DNA of 64,000 bases from Candidatus Heimdallarchaeota archaeon (lineage in GTDB: Archaea > Asgardarchaeota > Heimdallarchaeia > JABLTI01). The position numbers and the translations under genes were made by a program. The DNA lies in assembly GCA_018238155.1 (NCBI GenBank), contig JABCTZ010000026.1, forward strand, positions 148,269-212,268, in the 5' to 3' direction. This document shows, in pieces, positions 9,724 to 20,900 of the stretch. The notes below the pieces were generated by a model that was not told the origin of the DNA, did not search any database, and saw only the letters and a list, made by a program, of their open reading frames with translations. The stretch's first letter is position 1. Every line of letters starts with the position of its first letter.

Positions 9724-11556
9724 ATGCATCCACTATTACGTATTCTCAAATATATGAAAAAGAAAACTCTCTTTGCTATTTGCATAGTTATTTTTACAGC
9801 AATAGTGGATTCAGGTTTTACTCTTGCCACACCTTATGTTATCAAACAAATTATTAACAGTATTTTTTATGAACAGAATTTTGCTTTAAGATTCTATGCC
9901 TTAAAATTGTGGATACCTATTTTTATTGGAATAGGTTTTCTCGCATCAATCTTTCGGTTCGTTCAAAGGTATATTAATGAATATATTTCTCAAAATGTCA
10001 TCTATGATCTCCGAAATAGATTATACTCTAAAATTCAGAGACAATCTATCGATTTCTTTGATCGAATGGAAACAGGACAACTAATCTCGAGAGGAACAAG
10101 TGATGTCGAAGCAATTCGACGATTACTTAGTATTGGTTTGCGAATTTTCTTGAGATCAATCTGTCTCTATATTGGTATTTTCATAATTGTCGGTTTGATG
10201 GATTGGAAATTAATGCTGATTTTCGCAGGGTTTGCACCGATAATGTTCATATCGATGTTTATGTATGCCAAAAGAATTCGTCCATTAATGAGACAAATTC
10301 AAAATAAATTTGGTGATATGAATTCCGTTCTTGCAGAAAATGTTTATGGCTCTCGAGTTGTCAGAGCATTTGCAGCAGAGAAATTCGAGAGTGCAAAGTT
10401 TGAAAATGAGAATGAAAAATATTTAAAGTTAAATTTAAAGTTGGCAAAATTGCGTGCTTATATTAATACTATTTTTCCATTGCTTCTAACAATAGGATCA
10501 TTTCTTATTCTATTATTTGGTGGAAGAGCGGTTCTTGCAGGAACACTCGTTGGCGGTATAGGAACTTTGGTTGCTATTAATAGCTATTTAATTATGATGC
10601 GGATGCCAACGCGATTTATGTCATTTGCCATTTTACACTTACAAGAAGGAACAGCATCTCTTAACAGGATATTTGAAGTTATAGATATGGAAAAGAAAAT
10701 AATTGAAAAAGATGATGCTATAGAACTACCGAGAATTTCAGGTAAAATCGAATTTAAAGATGTTACTTTTACTTATATCGAAGGAAATCCTCCTGTATTA
10801 AACGAAATAAATTTAACAATTGCACCTGGAGAAACGATTGCATTCTTAGGAACTACTGGTTCGGGTAAAAGTACGATTGTAAGTTTGATTCCAAGATTTT
10901 ATGATCCAATTGAAGGTGCAGTTTTCATTGATGATGTAGATATACGAGATGTTCAGCTTGAACCTTTCAGAAAGCAAATAGCAATTGTTCAACAAGAAGC
11001 ATTTCTCTTTGCCAAGACAATAAAAGAAAATATTGCTTTTGGTAAACCTGATGCTACAGATGAAGAAATTCTGCGAGTGTCAAAAATTGCTCAAGCTCAT
11101 GAATTTATTACTTCATTCCCTGATGGTTACGATACAGTAGTTGGTGAACGAGGGTTAACTCTTTCAGGTGGACAAAAACAACGTTTGACAATTGCTCGAG
11201 CATTGCTTCTAAAAACACCTTTACTAATTATGGATGATTCTTCAAGTGCTCTTGATTTTGAAACTGAAAACCAATTTCAAATTGCAGTGAGTGAGTTAAT
11301 TAAAAATAAAACAACATTAATTGTTACTCAGAGATTATCAACAATAAAGTTTGCAACTAAAATTGTTGTCATGGATAAAGGAAAAATTGTTGAGTTAGGT
11401 AAACATGATGAATTGATGAGCAAAGGTGGTCTCTACAAACACCTCTTTGAAACTCAATTAATCGATCAGCAAAATGCTATGGTATCTTTCAATAAATTGG
11501 GTTCAAATTCTAAAGGCTCAGTTGAGAAAACAAAAAATAATGGAGGACAAAAATAA
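9724..11556 (+). CDS. Heterodimeric ABC exporter subunit 1 (TMD+NBD, degenerate site)
   Basis: TM domain, GTTGSGKS, LSGGQKQR, Walker B MDD (no Glu), switch His replaced by Gln (VTQRL). ATG 9724 preferred over GTG 9712. Confidence 0.92.
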   Translation: MHPLLRILKYMKKKTLFAICIVIFTAIVDSGFTLATPYVIKQIINSIFYEQNFALRFYALKLWIPIFIGIGFLASIFRFVQRYINEYISQNVIYDLRNRLYSKIQRQSIDFFDRMETGQLISRGTSDVEAIRRLLSIGLRIFLRSICLYIGIFIIVGLMDWKLMLIFAGFAPIMFISMFMYAKRIRPLMRQIQNKFGDMNSVLAENVYGSRVVRAFAAEKFESAKFENENEKYLKLNLKLAKLRAYINTIFPLLLTIGSFLILLFGGRAVLAGTLVGGIGTLVAINSYLIMMRMPTRFMSFAILHLQEGTASLNRIFEVIDMEKKIIEKDDAIELPRISGKIEFKDVTFTYIEGNPPVLNEINLTIAPGETIAFLGTTGSGKSTIVSLIPRFYDPIEGAVFIDDVDIRDVQLEPFRKQIAIVQQEAFLFAKTIKENIAFGKPDATDEEILRVSKIAQAHEFITSFPDGYDTVVGERGLTLSGGQKQRLTIARALLLKTPLLIMDDSSSALDFETENQFQIAVSELIKNKTTLIVTQRLSTIKFATKIVVMDKGKIVELGKHDELMSKGGLYKHLFETQLIDQQNAMVSFNKLGSNSKGSVEKTKNNGGQK

Positions 11557-13430
11557 TGGGTTTTGGCGGAGGACAGACTGGCGGTCATTTTGATTCCTTA
11601 ATTGAGGAAGAAGAACAAAAACAAAGAGCACGAGTAACTTCGGATAAAAATCTAGGTAAATGGATTCTAGGTTATTTAAAAGACTATAAAGGAATGGTTA
11701 TACTAGCAATAATCTTAGTAGTGATTAGTGCCATAATAGGTCTTGTTGCACCACAAATTTTACGATTTATTATAGACGGTGTTTTAGGAGAAAAATATCT
11801 TTTATTTGCAGAAGATAGAGATAAATGGTTATTAATCTTAGCGCTATCCTTACTTGTTGTTGCAATTGTTAGCTCTACAATAGACATCTTTAGGATTTTC
11901 CTTCTTTACAAAATTGGCTATCATACAGTTAAAAAAATCCGAACAGATTCATTCAATCATCTTCAGAGCCTCTCAATGAAATATATTGACCAGCAAGAAA
12001 CTGGTAGGCTTATTTCCAAAGTAACAAACGATTGTGATAAAATTAACGAGTTAATGAGCGGTGGGATTATCACCTCTCTAATAGATTTCATTACTTTGAT
12101 TGGTGTAAGCATTGTTTTGCTCTGGATGAATTGGGAATTAGCTCTCTGGGTTTTTCTATTTTCAATTCCAACAACGCTACTTATCAGTTGGTCTTTCAAA
12201 AAACGAGCACGAAAAGCATATCGAAAAACAAGAAAGACAATAGCAAATGTTACAGCTAATCTTTCTGAAAGTATTTCTGGAGCAAAAATATCAAAATCAT
12301 TCAGTAGAGAAGGAAAAAACATCAAAGATTTTGATACTGTAAATAAAGAAAACAAAAAAGCTAACATGAAAGCAATTGCGGTTTTTGCAACTACTTTTCC
12401 ACTCTTCAATTTCCTAGCGGCAGCAGTAACAGGATTTGTTTACTTTTATGGTGGATACACAATGATGTTCAATTCGATGCATGTCCCACTAACTATTGGT
12501 GTTGCTATAGCTTTCACATCGTATGTTGGTATCTTCTTCAGACCAATTCTCAATTTAACTATGTTTTATAATACATTTCAATCAACCATGGCTGCAACAG
12601 AAAGAGTTTATGAATTAAACCACATAATTCCAGATGTATTAGAAAAAGAGAATGCAATTGAATTACCAGAAATATCTGGTAGCGTGAAATTTAATGATGT
12701 TGTTTTTGGTTACAAAGAAAACGAACTAGTACTTAATGGGTTTAATTTGGATGTTCAACCTGGAGAAACAATAGCAATTGTTGGACCGACGGGAGCTGGC
12801 AAAACAACAATTATCAATCTTCTTGTTCGCTTCTATGAGATACAAGAAGGATCAATATCAGTTGATGATCACAATATTCAAGATATCACATTAGATTCAT
12901 TACGCCGTCAGATTGGCGTTGTTTTACAAGATCCTTATTTATTTTCAGGAACTATTGCAGAAAACATCTCTTATAGTCTGAAGGATGTTCCTATGGAAGA
13001 TATCCAACAAGCAGCTTATGCTGTTAATGCTAATGAATTCATTGATAGAATGCCCAATGGATATAATACTGCTGTGGGAGAACGTGGAAGTAGACTTTCA
13101 GTAGGGCAAAGACAGCTTATTTCCTTTGCTCGAGCTTTATTATCAAATCCAAAAATTCTTGTGCTAGATGAAGCAACATCCTCTGTTGATCCTTACACAG
13201 AAATTATTATTAAAAGAGCATTAGACAAGCTTCTCACGAGTAGGACATCATTCATAATTGCTCATAGATTATCAACTGTAAGAACAGCTGATAGAATCAT
13301 TGTTATTCGTGATGGAGAAATTATAGAAGAAGGAACAAATGATGAGCTTCTTAGTAAAAAAGGTGAATATTATCATCTCTATCAATTACAATTCAAAGAT
13401 CAGGAAGAAGAAGAAAACGGTGAAAAGTAG
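11556..13430 (+). CDS. Heterodimeric ABC exporter subunit 2 (TMD+NBD)
   Basis: GPTGAGKT, LSVGQRQ, LDEATSSVD, IAHRL; TAATG overlap with partner. Confidence 0.92.
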   Translation: MGFGGGQTGGHFDSLIEEEEQKQRARVTSDKNLGKWILGYLKDYKGMVILAIILVVISAIIGLVAPQILRFIIDGVLGEKYLLFAEDRDKWLLILALSLLVVAIVSSTIDIFRIFLLYKIGYHTVKKIRTDSFNHLQSLSMKYIDQQETGRLISKVTNDCDKINELMSGGIITSLIDFITLIGVSIVLLWMNWELALWVFLFSIPTTLLISWSFKKRARKAYRKTRKTIANVTANLSESISGAKISKSFSREGKNIKDFDTVNKENKKANMKAIAVFATTFPLFNFLAAAVTGFVYFYGGYTMMFNSMHVPLTIGVAIAFTSYVGIFFRPILNLTMFYNTFQSTMAATERVYELNHIIPDVLEKENAIELPEISGSVKFNDVVFGYKENELVLNGFNLDVQPGETIAIVGPTGAGKTTIINLLVRFYEIQEGSISVDDHNIQDITLDSLRRQIGVVLQDPYLFSGTIAENISYSLKDVPMEDIQQAAYAVNANEFIDRMPNGYNTAVGERGSRLSVGQRQLISFARALLSNPKILVLDEATSSVDPYTEIIIKRALDKLLTSRTSFIIAHRLSTVRTADRIIVIRDGEIIEEGTNDELLSKKGEYYHLYQLQFKDQEEEENGEK

Positions 13431-13495
13431 TAACAATTTTCGTATATTATTTTCTAGTTAAAAAATTAGACATTAAATTAAAAGGAAACAGAATC

Positions 13496-14887
13496 TTGAA
13501 TATAAAATTCATTTCGAAAGTTGGAAGCTATTTACCGCCCAAAAATCTTTTACCTTTATTATTTGGTTATTCAATTGATCATATTGCACTTTCAACTTAC
13601 TGGATTTTTTTTGGTATCTGGCTAAATGATAGTCTTATAGGACCTAATGAAACTATACCCTATCAATATCTATTACTAGCAGTTATTTTAGCCACTCCAG
13701 CTATCGTTTCTATTATTGGCACATCGATATTCAGTTCATTATCAGATAAAATTGGTCGCAGAAAAGAGATTATGTTACTTTCAAGATTATTATTAATGGT
13801 TCAATACATTCTACTGATATTCTTTGGTAGCTCTACGTTGAATGTTATTTTAATCCTAGGTACCTTTGGTTTATTCACTCAAATGTTCTATACAATGCAT
13901 AGCGCATTATTAACATCAATTTGTCACCCTGATAAAAGGGGACAAGTATCTAGTTTTCAAGTTCTTTTTGCTAGCTTTGGATGGATGATTGGCAGTGGTG
14001 TTTCAAGTCTTATCTACAGTTCATTTGACATTGTAGGAAGCCTTGGATTTGCTGCGGCGTTTGCTCTTCTTGCTGGTGTGATTGTTATGTTTTCACCTGC
14101 AAAACCATGGAATCATAAAGAATTGATACAAAAATCTATTGACGTTTCTATTGAGAGTGAAGAGCTTCTCATTAGTGAGATACAAGAGAAAGAGTCATCT
14201 CCAACTAAAATAGAAATAACAAATTTGCGAACTGCAGCAGAAATCGTTCCTGAAAAGAAAAAACTTACAGCTTCGTACTGGCAGATTTTCAAAAGAAAAG
14301 AAGTTTTAAGCTTGTTAATTTCTCTTGCAATCGTTGATTTCGGATTTGGACCATTCAATGTTGTGGGGAATGTTTTTTTGAAAGAAGTTGGTTTAACAGA
14401 TGATAATATTTCAGTAGCTAATGTGATTGCAACGTTTCTGGGTATGCTAATGTTATTATTTATTGGTAAAGCTCTTGACAAAAGAGGGAGAAGACCAATC
14501 TTCTTAGTTGCCATTATTACTTATCCTATTCTTTATGGTCTTATATTTGCACTTATCAGTTTTCCAATCGCAATGTTCATCCTTTATCTCTATCCATTAT
14601 ACGCTTTGAAGGTCCCTGCTTCTAATGCAATTATGTCTGATCTCACAACAGAAGATGAACGCGCAAGGGGGATGAGTTTAATTCAGTTTGAACAAATAAT
14701 TTTTGCTAATTCAGGAGCGTTCTTAGCTTGTTTTATTGCAGACATATCAGCACAAGGGATATTTATTATTCCTATCTTTCCATTTGCATTTGGGATAATA
14801 GCGGTGATAGTTTCATTTCTAATCATGAAAGAAACTGACAAAAAATTATTATTACAAAGAAAAGGAAAAAGTGAACCTGTTAGTTAG
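13496..14887 (+). CDS. MFS transporter
   Basis: About 12 hydrophobic segments; SLSDKIGRR and GKALDKRGRR motif A copies. Confidence 0.88.
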   Translation: MNIKFISKVGSYLPPKNLLPLLFGYSIDHIALSTYWIFFGIWLNDSLIGPNETIPYQYLLLAVILATPAIVSIIGTSIFSSLSDKIGRRKEIMLLSRLLLMVQYILLIFFGSSTLNVILILGTFGLFTQMFYTMHSALLTSICHPDKRGQVSSFQVLFASFGWMIGSGVSSLIYSSFDIVGSLGFAAAFALLAGVIVMFSPAKPWNHKELIQKSIDVSIESEELLISEIQEKESSPTKIEITNLRTAAEIVPEKKKLTASYWQIFKRKEVLSLLISLAIVDFGFGPFNVVGNVFLKEVGLTDDNISVANVIATFLGMLMLLFIGKALDKRGRRPIFLVAIITYPILYGLIFALISFPIAMFILYLYPLYALKVPASNAIMSDLTTEDERARGMSLIQFEQIIFANSGAFLACFIADISAQGIFIIPIFPFAFGIIAVIVSFLIMKETDKKLLLQRKGKSEPVS

Positions 14888-14948
14888 TTGGTTAGTATGG
14901 TAGTCAATTATACTACTGCTGCTTACTAAGAGTTTCACGATACATTGA

Positions 14949-17900
14949 TTATGATTCCAATGCTTTTTCCACTACTTCTTCACAAGAAATTTCTCTTAAA
15001 ACTTCCTTAATGATATCAGGAGGAATCTCTAGTTTAGTTGCAATTTTCATTGGGTCAAACATTGGATCTTTCTTTCGCTCTTTTTTCGCTATTAGAGAAA
15101 TCTCAGCTTTCAACCGTTCGATAGAAAAGAAAATTGTCTGAGTGTTATTTAATACAGACATATAAAATGATGATTTGAATTCCCTTCGAATAATAGATGC
15201 AGCATCATTTGGTTGTATTTGAAACTCTTTCACAAGATTATCGACTTCAATCCGACCCCAAAGCTCGAATTCTGAATAAAAGTAATCCCGGATAATTTTG
15301 ATTTTTTGTAGAGAAATAAAAACATCTTTGTTTACTAATTGTCCAGCTATTTTTCGCCTATTTACCAAACTTTGGATAAGATATTCTGATAATGCTAATG
15401 ACCGATCGGTTGTTGAGAATATTGTTCTATCAAATATTCCCTTAAGTGATAAATCATAAACAATTCTATTTCTTATTGAATTCATAATTCGTCTAATTCT
15501 TCCATGTGAAACAAACGGCAGTGCAGCAATAACATTCCAAGCTTCATCTACTTCTGATTTATTGATCAACTTGAGTGTCTTCGAGATGCTTTTCAAGAAC
15601 TTTGACTTTTTCATTTCTGTTAATTCCATTACCCTCAAGAAAATGGTTTCCAATGAGTCCATGTCGCAACTTGCCATTCTATTTACAGCAATCTTGGTTA
15701 GCAACTCTGTTATTATTGATTCAGTGTTTTTTCTCGTGTTAACTATTCGAATATACTTCAACAAGGCATTATCATATGCATTTGCTGCTTCCTTTACTGC
15801 GCCAATATCTTCCAGCGTTTTTCCAGCTAGAGAAATAAATTTGAAGGTTAGATTTGAGGGTATTCGTGGTTGATCAATAAAAGCTATTCCTCTGTTGAAA
15901 CATTTTGTAGCAATTTCTTGAGCTCGAGGATAAGCTTTCCGACGAATCGCTGAATCAGATGCAATTTGATAACACTTATAGGCTATTGTTACATCTGCAT
16001 CCCATTCTCGCGTTTGGAATATTGTGCTAATCAATCTGCTTGAGCTTTCTTCATCTTTTGCATGATCAAAAGCTTCTACTGCGATTTCATAGAAATCCAT
16101 TGCTTCGTGAATTTTTCCATCACGAATAACTTTATCACCAGAGTTCAGAGCAAACATGCCAATGTTTCTTAATTCAGCGTCTATACCTAATTCACTGTTC
16201 AATTTGACAGCTGCTTCTGCAAAAGCCATTGAATCAGAGTATTTTTTCTTTTGGAAAAGTTCATTTGCAGTTTTGAAAACTGACGCTGCATAATGAATTG
16301 CTTTATTTCTACTCACTAAATCAATTAATATTATGCCGGCATGCCTAAACTTATATGAAGCATCTTTGTTCCCTTTTCGAAGATATTTCTGTTCATTCTT
16401 CTCTACATCAACTAGTATCTTCTCTAGCTGTGCTTCATTTCTTGTGAGAGCTAATATTCGCATTAATAGTTCCACAATTTTCTTACCCAAAGAATAATTA
16501 TTTTCATTTTTGGATAGTTTTTCTCCTAAACTGATTAATGCTTCAAGATAATTGCCTATTTTTTCATAAGTCACCATTGCTTTGTTTGAATTTGGCACTT
16601 CGAATGCTTCGAGACCATCAATAATGTCCTCAAGTGTAGAGAGAGCTGTTCGAGGGTTTTGTATGAATAACTGTTTGGCGAAATCCAACATTGCCATTGT
16701 TGTAGTTTCCATTAGTAAATCACTTTGAGTTCTAATAGAAATATCTCGTGCGGTTAACAATGCCTCGTAACCTCTTATCGAATGAAAGTTATTGATGAGA
16801 TCTTTTGATCCAAGTTTAACGAATTCAAAACCAACTTTTTCTATATATTCAATACTATTATTTTCCATATACATTTGATAGCTAAATCCAAGCATACGGT
16901 AACTAATGTCTAATGGCGTTTCAGGATTGAATTTCGAAATTTGTTCAAAACATTCATCTCCAATGTGCAATAATAATTCAGGTATTTGTTCTTCTAAGGC
17001 GATTTTCACTGCGAAATCTAAGTAGAAGTATCCAAGCGGTGAAGAACTGTTCGTCAAAATATCAGCATTTGCTCGTTTCATCAACAATGAAACTAATAGC
17101 GAAATCTTTTCTAGGTCATTTGTTTTCTTGAAAAATTCAACAGCATCTCGAGTAATTTTTCCAATCATATTCCATTCTGCAATGATTGTTGCTTTTAGAG
17201 CTTCAATATATGTCTCAGCAACTTTTTCATGCATTAATTCAACAGCAATTGGATTGTTTGTTATTAATTCGAGGACCTTTGCTCCTGCAAGAGAATGCTT
17301 GTTTCTAATCGTTTCTAGGGCCAGAGTAAAACTTAAATTAATAATTCTAGTGTTTTCTTCAGGATCAGGACTGCTCGTTGCTAAATCAAATGCTCTGTTT
17401 AAGAAGAAAATACCAATTGATGATTTTCTGTTTGGGAGATTTTTACCTGCTGCATTTAAGTAAATAGTAATTATTGATGCAAGCAAATCAAATTGCCCTA
17501 TTCGTTCGACTAAAATTCTACCGCGTTCTAAAATATGAACTGCTTTGGTTAATTCATTTCGTTCCATTAATTTTCGAGCAGAATCAATTGATTGCTTTGT
17601 TGATACAGATGCCGATTCAGCATTATTATCTTGCAGATAGTAATTAACTGCATCTTCAGAATATTTAATTGAATCTTCAATTTTCTCTGCACTAAAGTAC
17701 ATTGCAGAGACGATGGAACAAATATCTCCTGCCCTTGTGAAAGCTTTCGCACTATCAAAAAGATGAATAGCCATAATATAAATCTCTATAGCTAAAGAAG
17801 CATTACTATTTGTTGTTTCAGATCCTTTCTTATATGCAATTTCACCTAACTCTATACAACCAACAATGTTTTGAGCTTGTTTTTCAATCTCAACTGCTTT

Positions 17901-20900
17901 ATTTATTGCTAAATGACCACTATCAATAAAGCTAGTTTCTAAGAGTAAAAACCCGGAAGTTAAGTAACTTTTAGCTGCTTCATGAGCACCCTCTAAATCA
18001 TTGGCTATTTTTGCTGCAAGGTCAATTAATGCAATGCAATTTTTTTCATCACCTTTAGCAATAAAATTCTGACTCATAGATAGACAAAGACTCTTCCCTT
18101 TTTCGCTGTTTTTCGCTTTTTGATAAAATTCTACTGCAGTGATTATAAAATTCATTGTTAATTCATATTCTTCTTTTGAGAACAGATTTGCAGAAATATT
18201 TGTAATGGTGTCTCCAAGGTGAGTCAATTGTTCTTTATCTTTTTCAAGAATAGTTAGAATTTGTTTGAAGGCATTATTTGTGGAATTGTGCATTCCTGCA
18301 GCCATGAGTGTTTCTACTCTTTTATTGTGAATTTCCATTGCATATTCCATATTTGTTGAAACACTGAAATTGAAAACTTGTTCCCACAGATTTTCTCCTT
18401 CCATTATTTTTCCTTTCTTTATTACTTCAATTGCCTTATCAACTAATACACCAATAGCTTTCTTTTGTTCCTCTAAATTACCTGTCTGTTGATGGACGGT
18501 TACTATTTGCCCGATAACAATTGAAGCATGGTCGTAATCTTTCATTTTAAAGAGTAAATCACCAATTTCTTCTAAAATTTTCACTGCAGCACCACTTTCA
18601 TCAGCAACCATTAGTGAGTCGGATGCGAGAAGAACTAATTTTACCCCTTCAACAATATTGTTCATTTTAAGTAAAGAATTACAAGATTTCATATACACTT
18701 CAGAAGCATTTATTGGTTGTCCTAAGCGCATAAACACATTTGTTGCAAGATCAACCAACTTTATCCCAATTTCAAACATTCCCTCCAATAACAATTTACT
18801 TGCCAACTCAGAAAGATCTTTTGCTAATTCAGGAGATTTAATTGTTTCATTTTCTTGTTCCAATATTTGGACAACTTGAGTGAAAATTTTCAATGCGTCT
18901 TTATAGTCATTAATTACAGTAAATGCTTGTGCTTGTTTTAGATAAATGTCTACTTCTTCTTCTAGAAGTTTAGCGCTTTTACTGAGATCAATTGCAATTT
19001 CAAAACAACTTATTGCAAAATCTCTATTGTCTGCAGGATTAGCAGTGAGTGATTTTACACCTATTTCAGTTGTTTTTTGAATGGAGGTTTTTAGTTTCTC
19101 AACATTCTTTGAGTCAATATAGGATTTATTAGCTAAAGTAACTTGTTTTAATGCATCTTTCCATAAGCTACGTAAAATATTAACTTCTGTAAGTGAGAGA
19201 AACGCATCACCAGATCGTTCTATATCATTTATTTCAATGAAGATTTGAGCGCCAGTTTCTATTAATTCAATACCTGTTACAAAATTTTCAATTTCAATGA
19301 ACGCATTTCCTTGTGCAAGAGCAGCTTCTCCTGCTTCACCTAATTTTCCAACTTGTCTAAGAACTTTAACTCCTTCATTAATAAATTCAGTAGCTTCAAC
19401 TAGCATTTCATTTTTATCTCTTAAAGCTGCTCCTTGAACCACAATTAGTCTTCCTAATTTGCTCATATAATCCTTCTCGCCCTCAAGATTATTCTTTGCA
19501 AAATCATAAAATTCTCTTACGCTGTATAAATCTTTCAAATCCAAAAAATGAGTTGTTGCATTTAAAAGAATCAAATCTTGGGCTTCAAGGTCTACTAATG
19601 AGCTAAATTCCATAGCAGCAATAAAGAGATGTTTTGCCGATAATCTTTCATCTTTTTGTAGCTCCATTGTTGCTACTTTGGAGCAAAACTTAGCTATTTC
19701 AGTAACCGGTTTGTTCTTAGCTTGTGCTAAATACGAACCAACAGCTTTTCGCAGTTGTTCAATACCTTCGTTAGTAAAAGAATATTCAATTAGTAATTTA
19801 CCGGCGGTCGAAACTTTTTCGGCAAATTCTTTTGGTGATTTTTCATTTGTTAAAATTTTTGAAACTTGAATTAGTAATTCCTTAGCAATTTCTAGTTGCT
19901 GTTGTTTGTAGTAGAGTTGACCAATATCTATCATAATAATTGCAGCAGAAATAAATTCTTCTAATTTAATATAAAGCTCTAAGGAACAATCAATAAAAGA
20001 CTTCGCTATTACCAAGTCTTCATTAGTAGAAATCATGTTTTTACCAATTTTAGTTGCTTTCCCTGCAAGTATTTTGGATTCCTGTGGATATGAAATATCC
20101 AAAATTTGCAACGCTTGAGAAAGAGTTTCGAAAGCTATAAGATAACGACCATTTTCTAAAGCATGCTCAGAAAATTCTGAAAGAATTTTTGATTCTGTGA
20201 GCAAATCTTTTTCATGAGCACATTGTGCAGCATTAAATATTAAGAAACGGGAGTTTTCTTCATCACCTTTTATCAGGAGGTTTTTAGCTGTAATAACCAA
20301 AGGTGTAAGGGATGAAATAATTTTATCTTCTTGCTTAGCTACTTTGAATAATTTTGCAGAGTCTATTAAATGAACTGAAGCAGATTTGTAGATTTCTAAT
20401 CTTAGAAGAGCTTCACCAATAATTTTATTTGAATCTGCTGCACCAATTTGATCACCTGCTTTAATCAGAAAGCCAATTGCTTTTCTTGAATAGTCCTCTG
20501 CCTCATCAATATGGTTTGTTTTGACAAGTTCTATAGCAATTGAAGTGAGATTCTTTCCAATTTGCTCATGAGCATCAATTCCTTCCAATATTTCTGTTAT
20601 ACTCTCAACAAATAGTAAAGCATTTGATAAATCTTGATTTTTAAGTAATGTTGTAGCAGTTTTATAGATAGCATTTGTACCTTTGGAAAAATTTTTCGTA
20701 TCCTCTGCTAAGAGATATGATTTAACTGAGTTTAACATATTTTCCAAAGTAAGGTTGAGTTTTCCTCTTTTGAGCATTTCATCTGCTTTTTCAGATAATT
20801 TATCTCCAAGATAAACAGAATCTATTGCTTCAAACTGATCTATCAGAGAATAAAATTCTAACCCAGTTTCAAATTTGCTCTTTGCATCAAGCAAGCCTTT

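Noticed and set aside
9724-13430. Degenerate ABC motifs as a sign of pseudogenisation or novelty
   Set aside because: The asymmetric degenerate/consensus sites are the normal TM287/288-type heterodimer pattern
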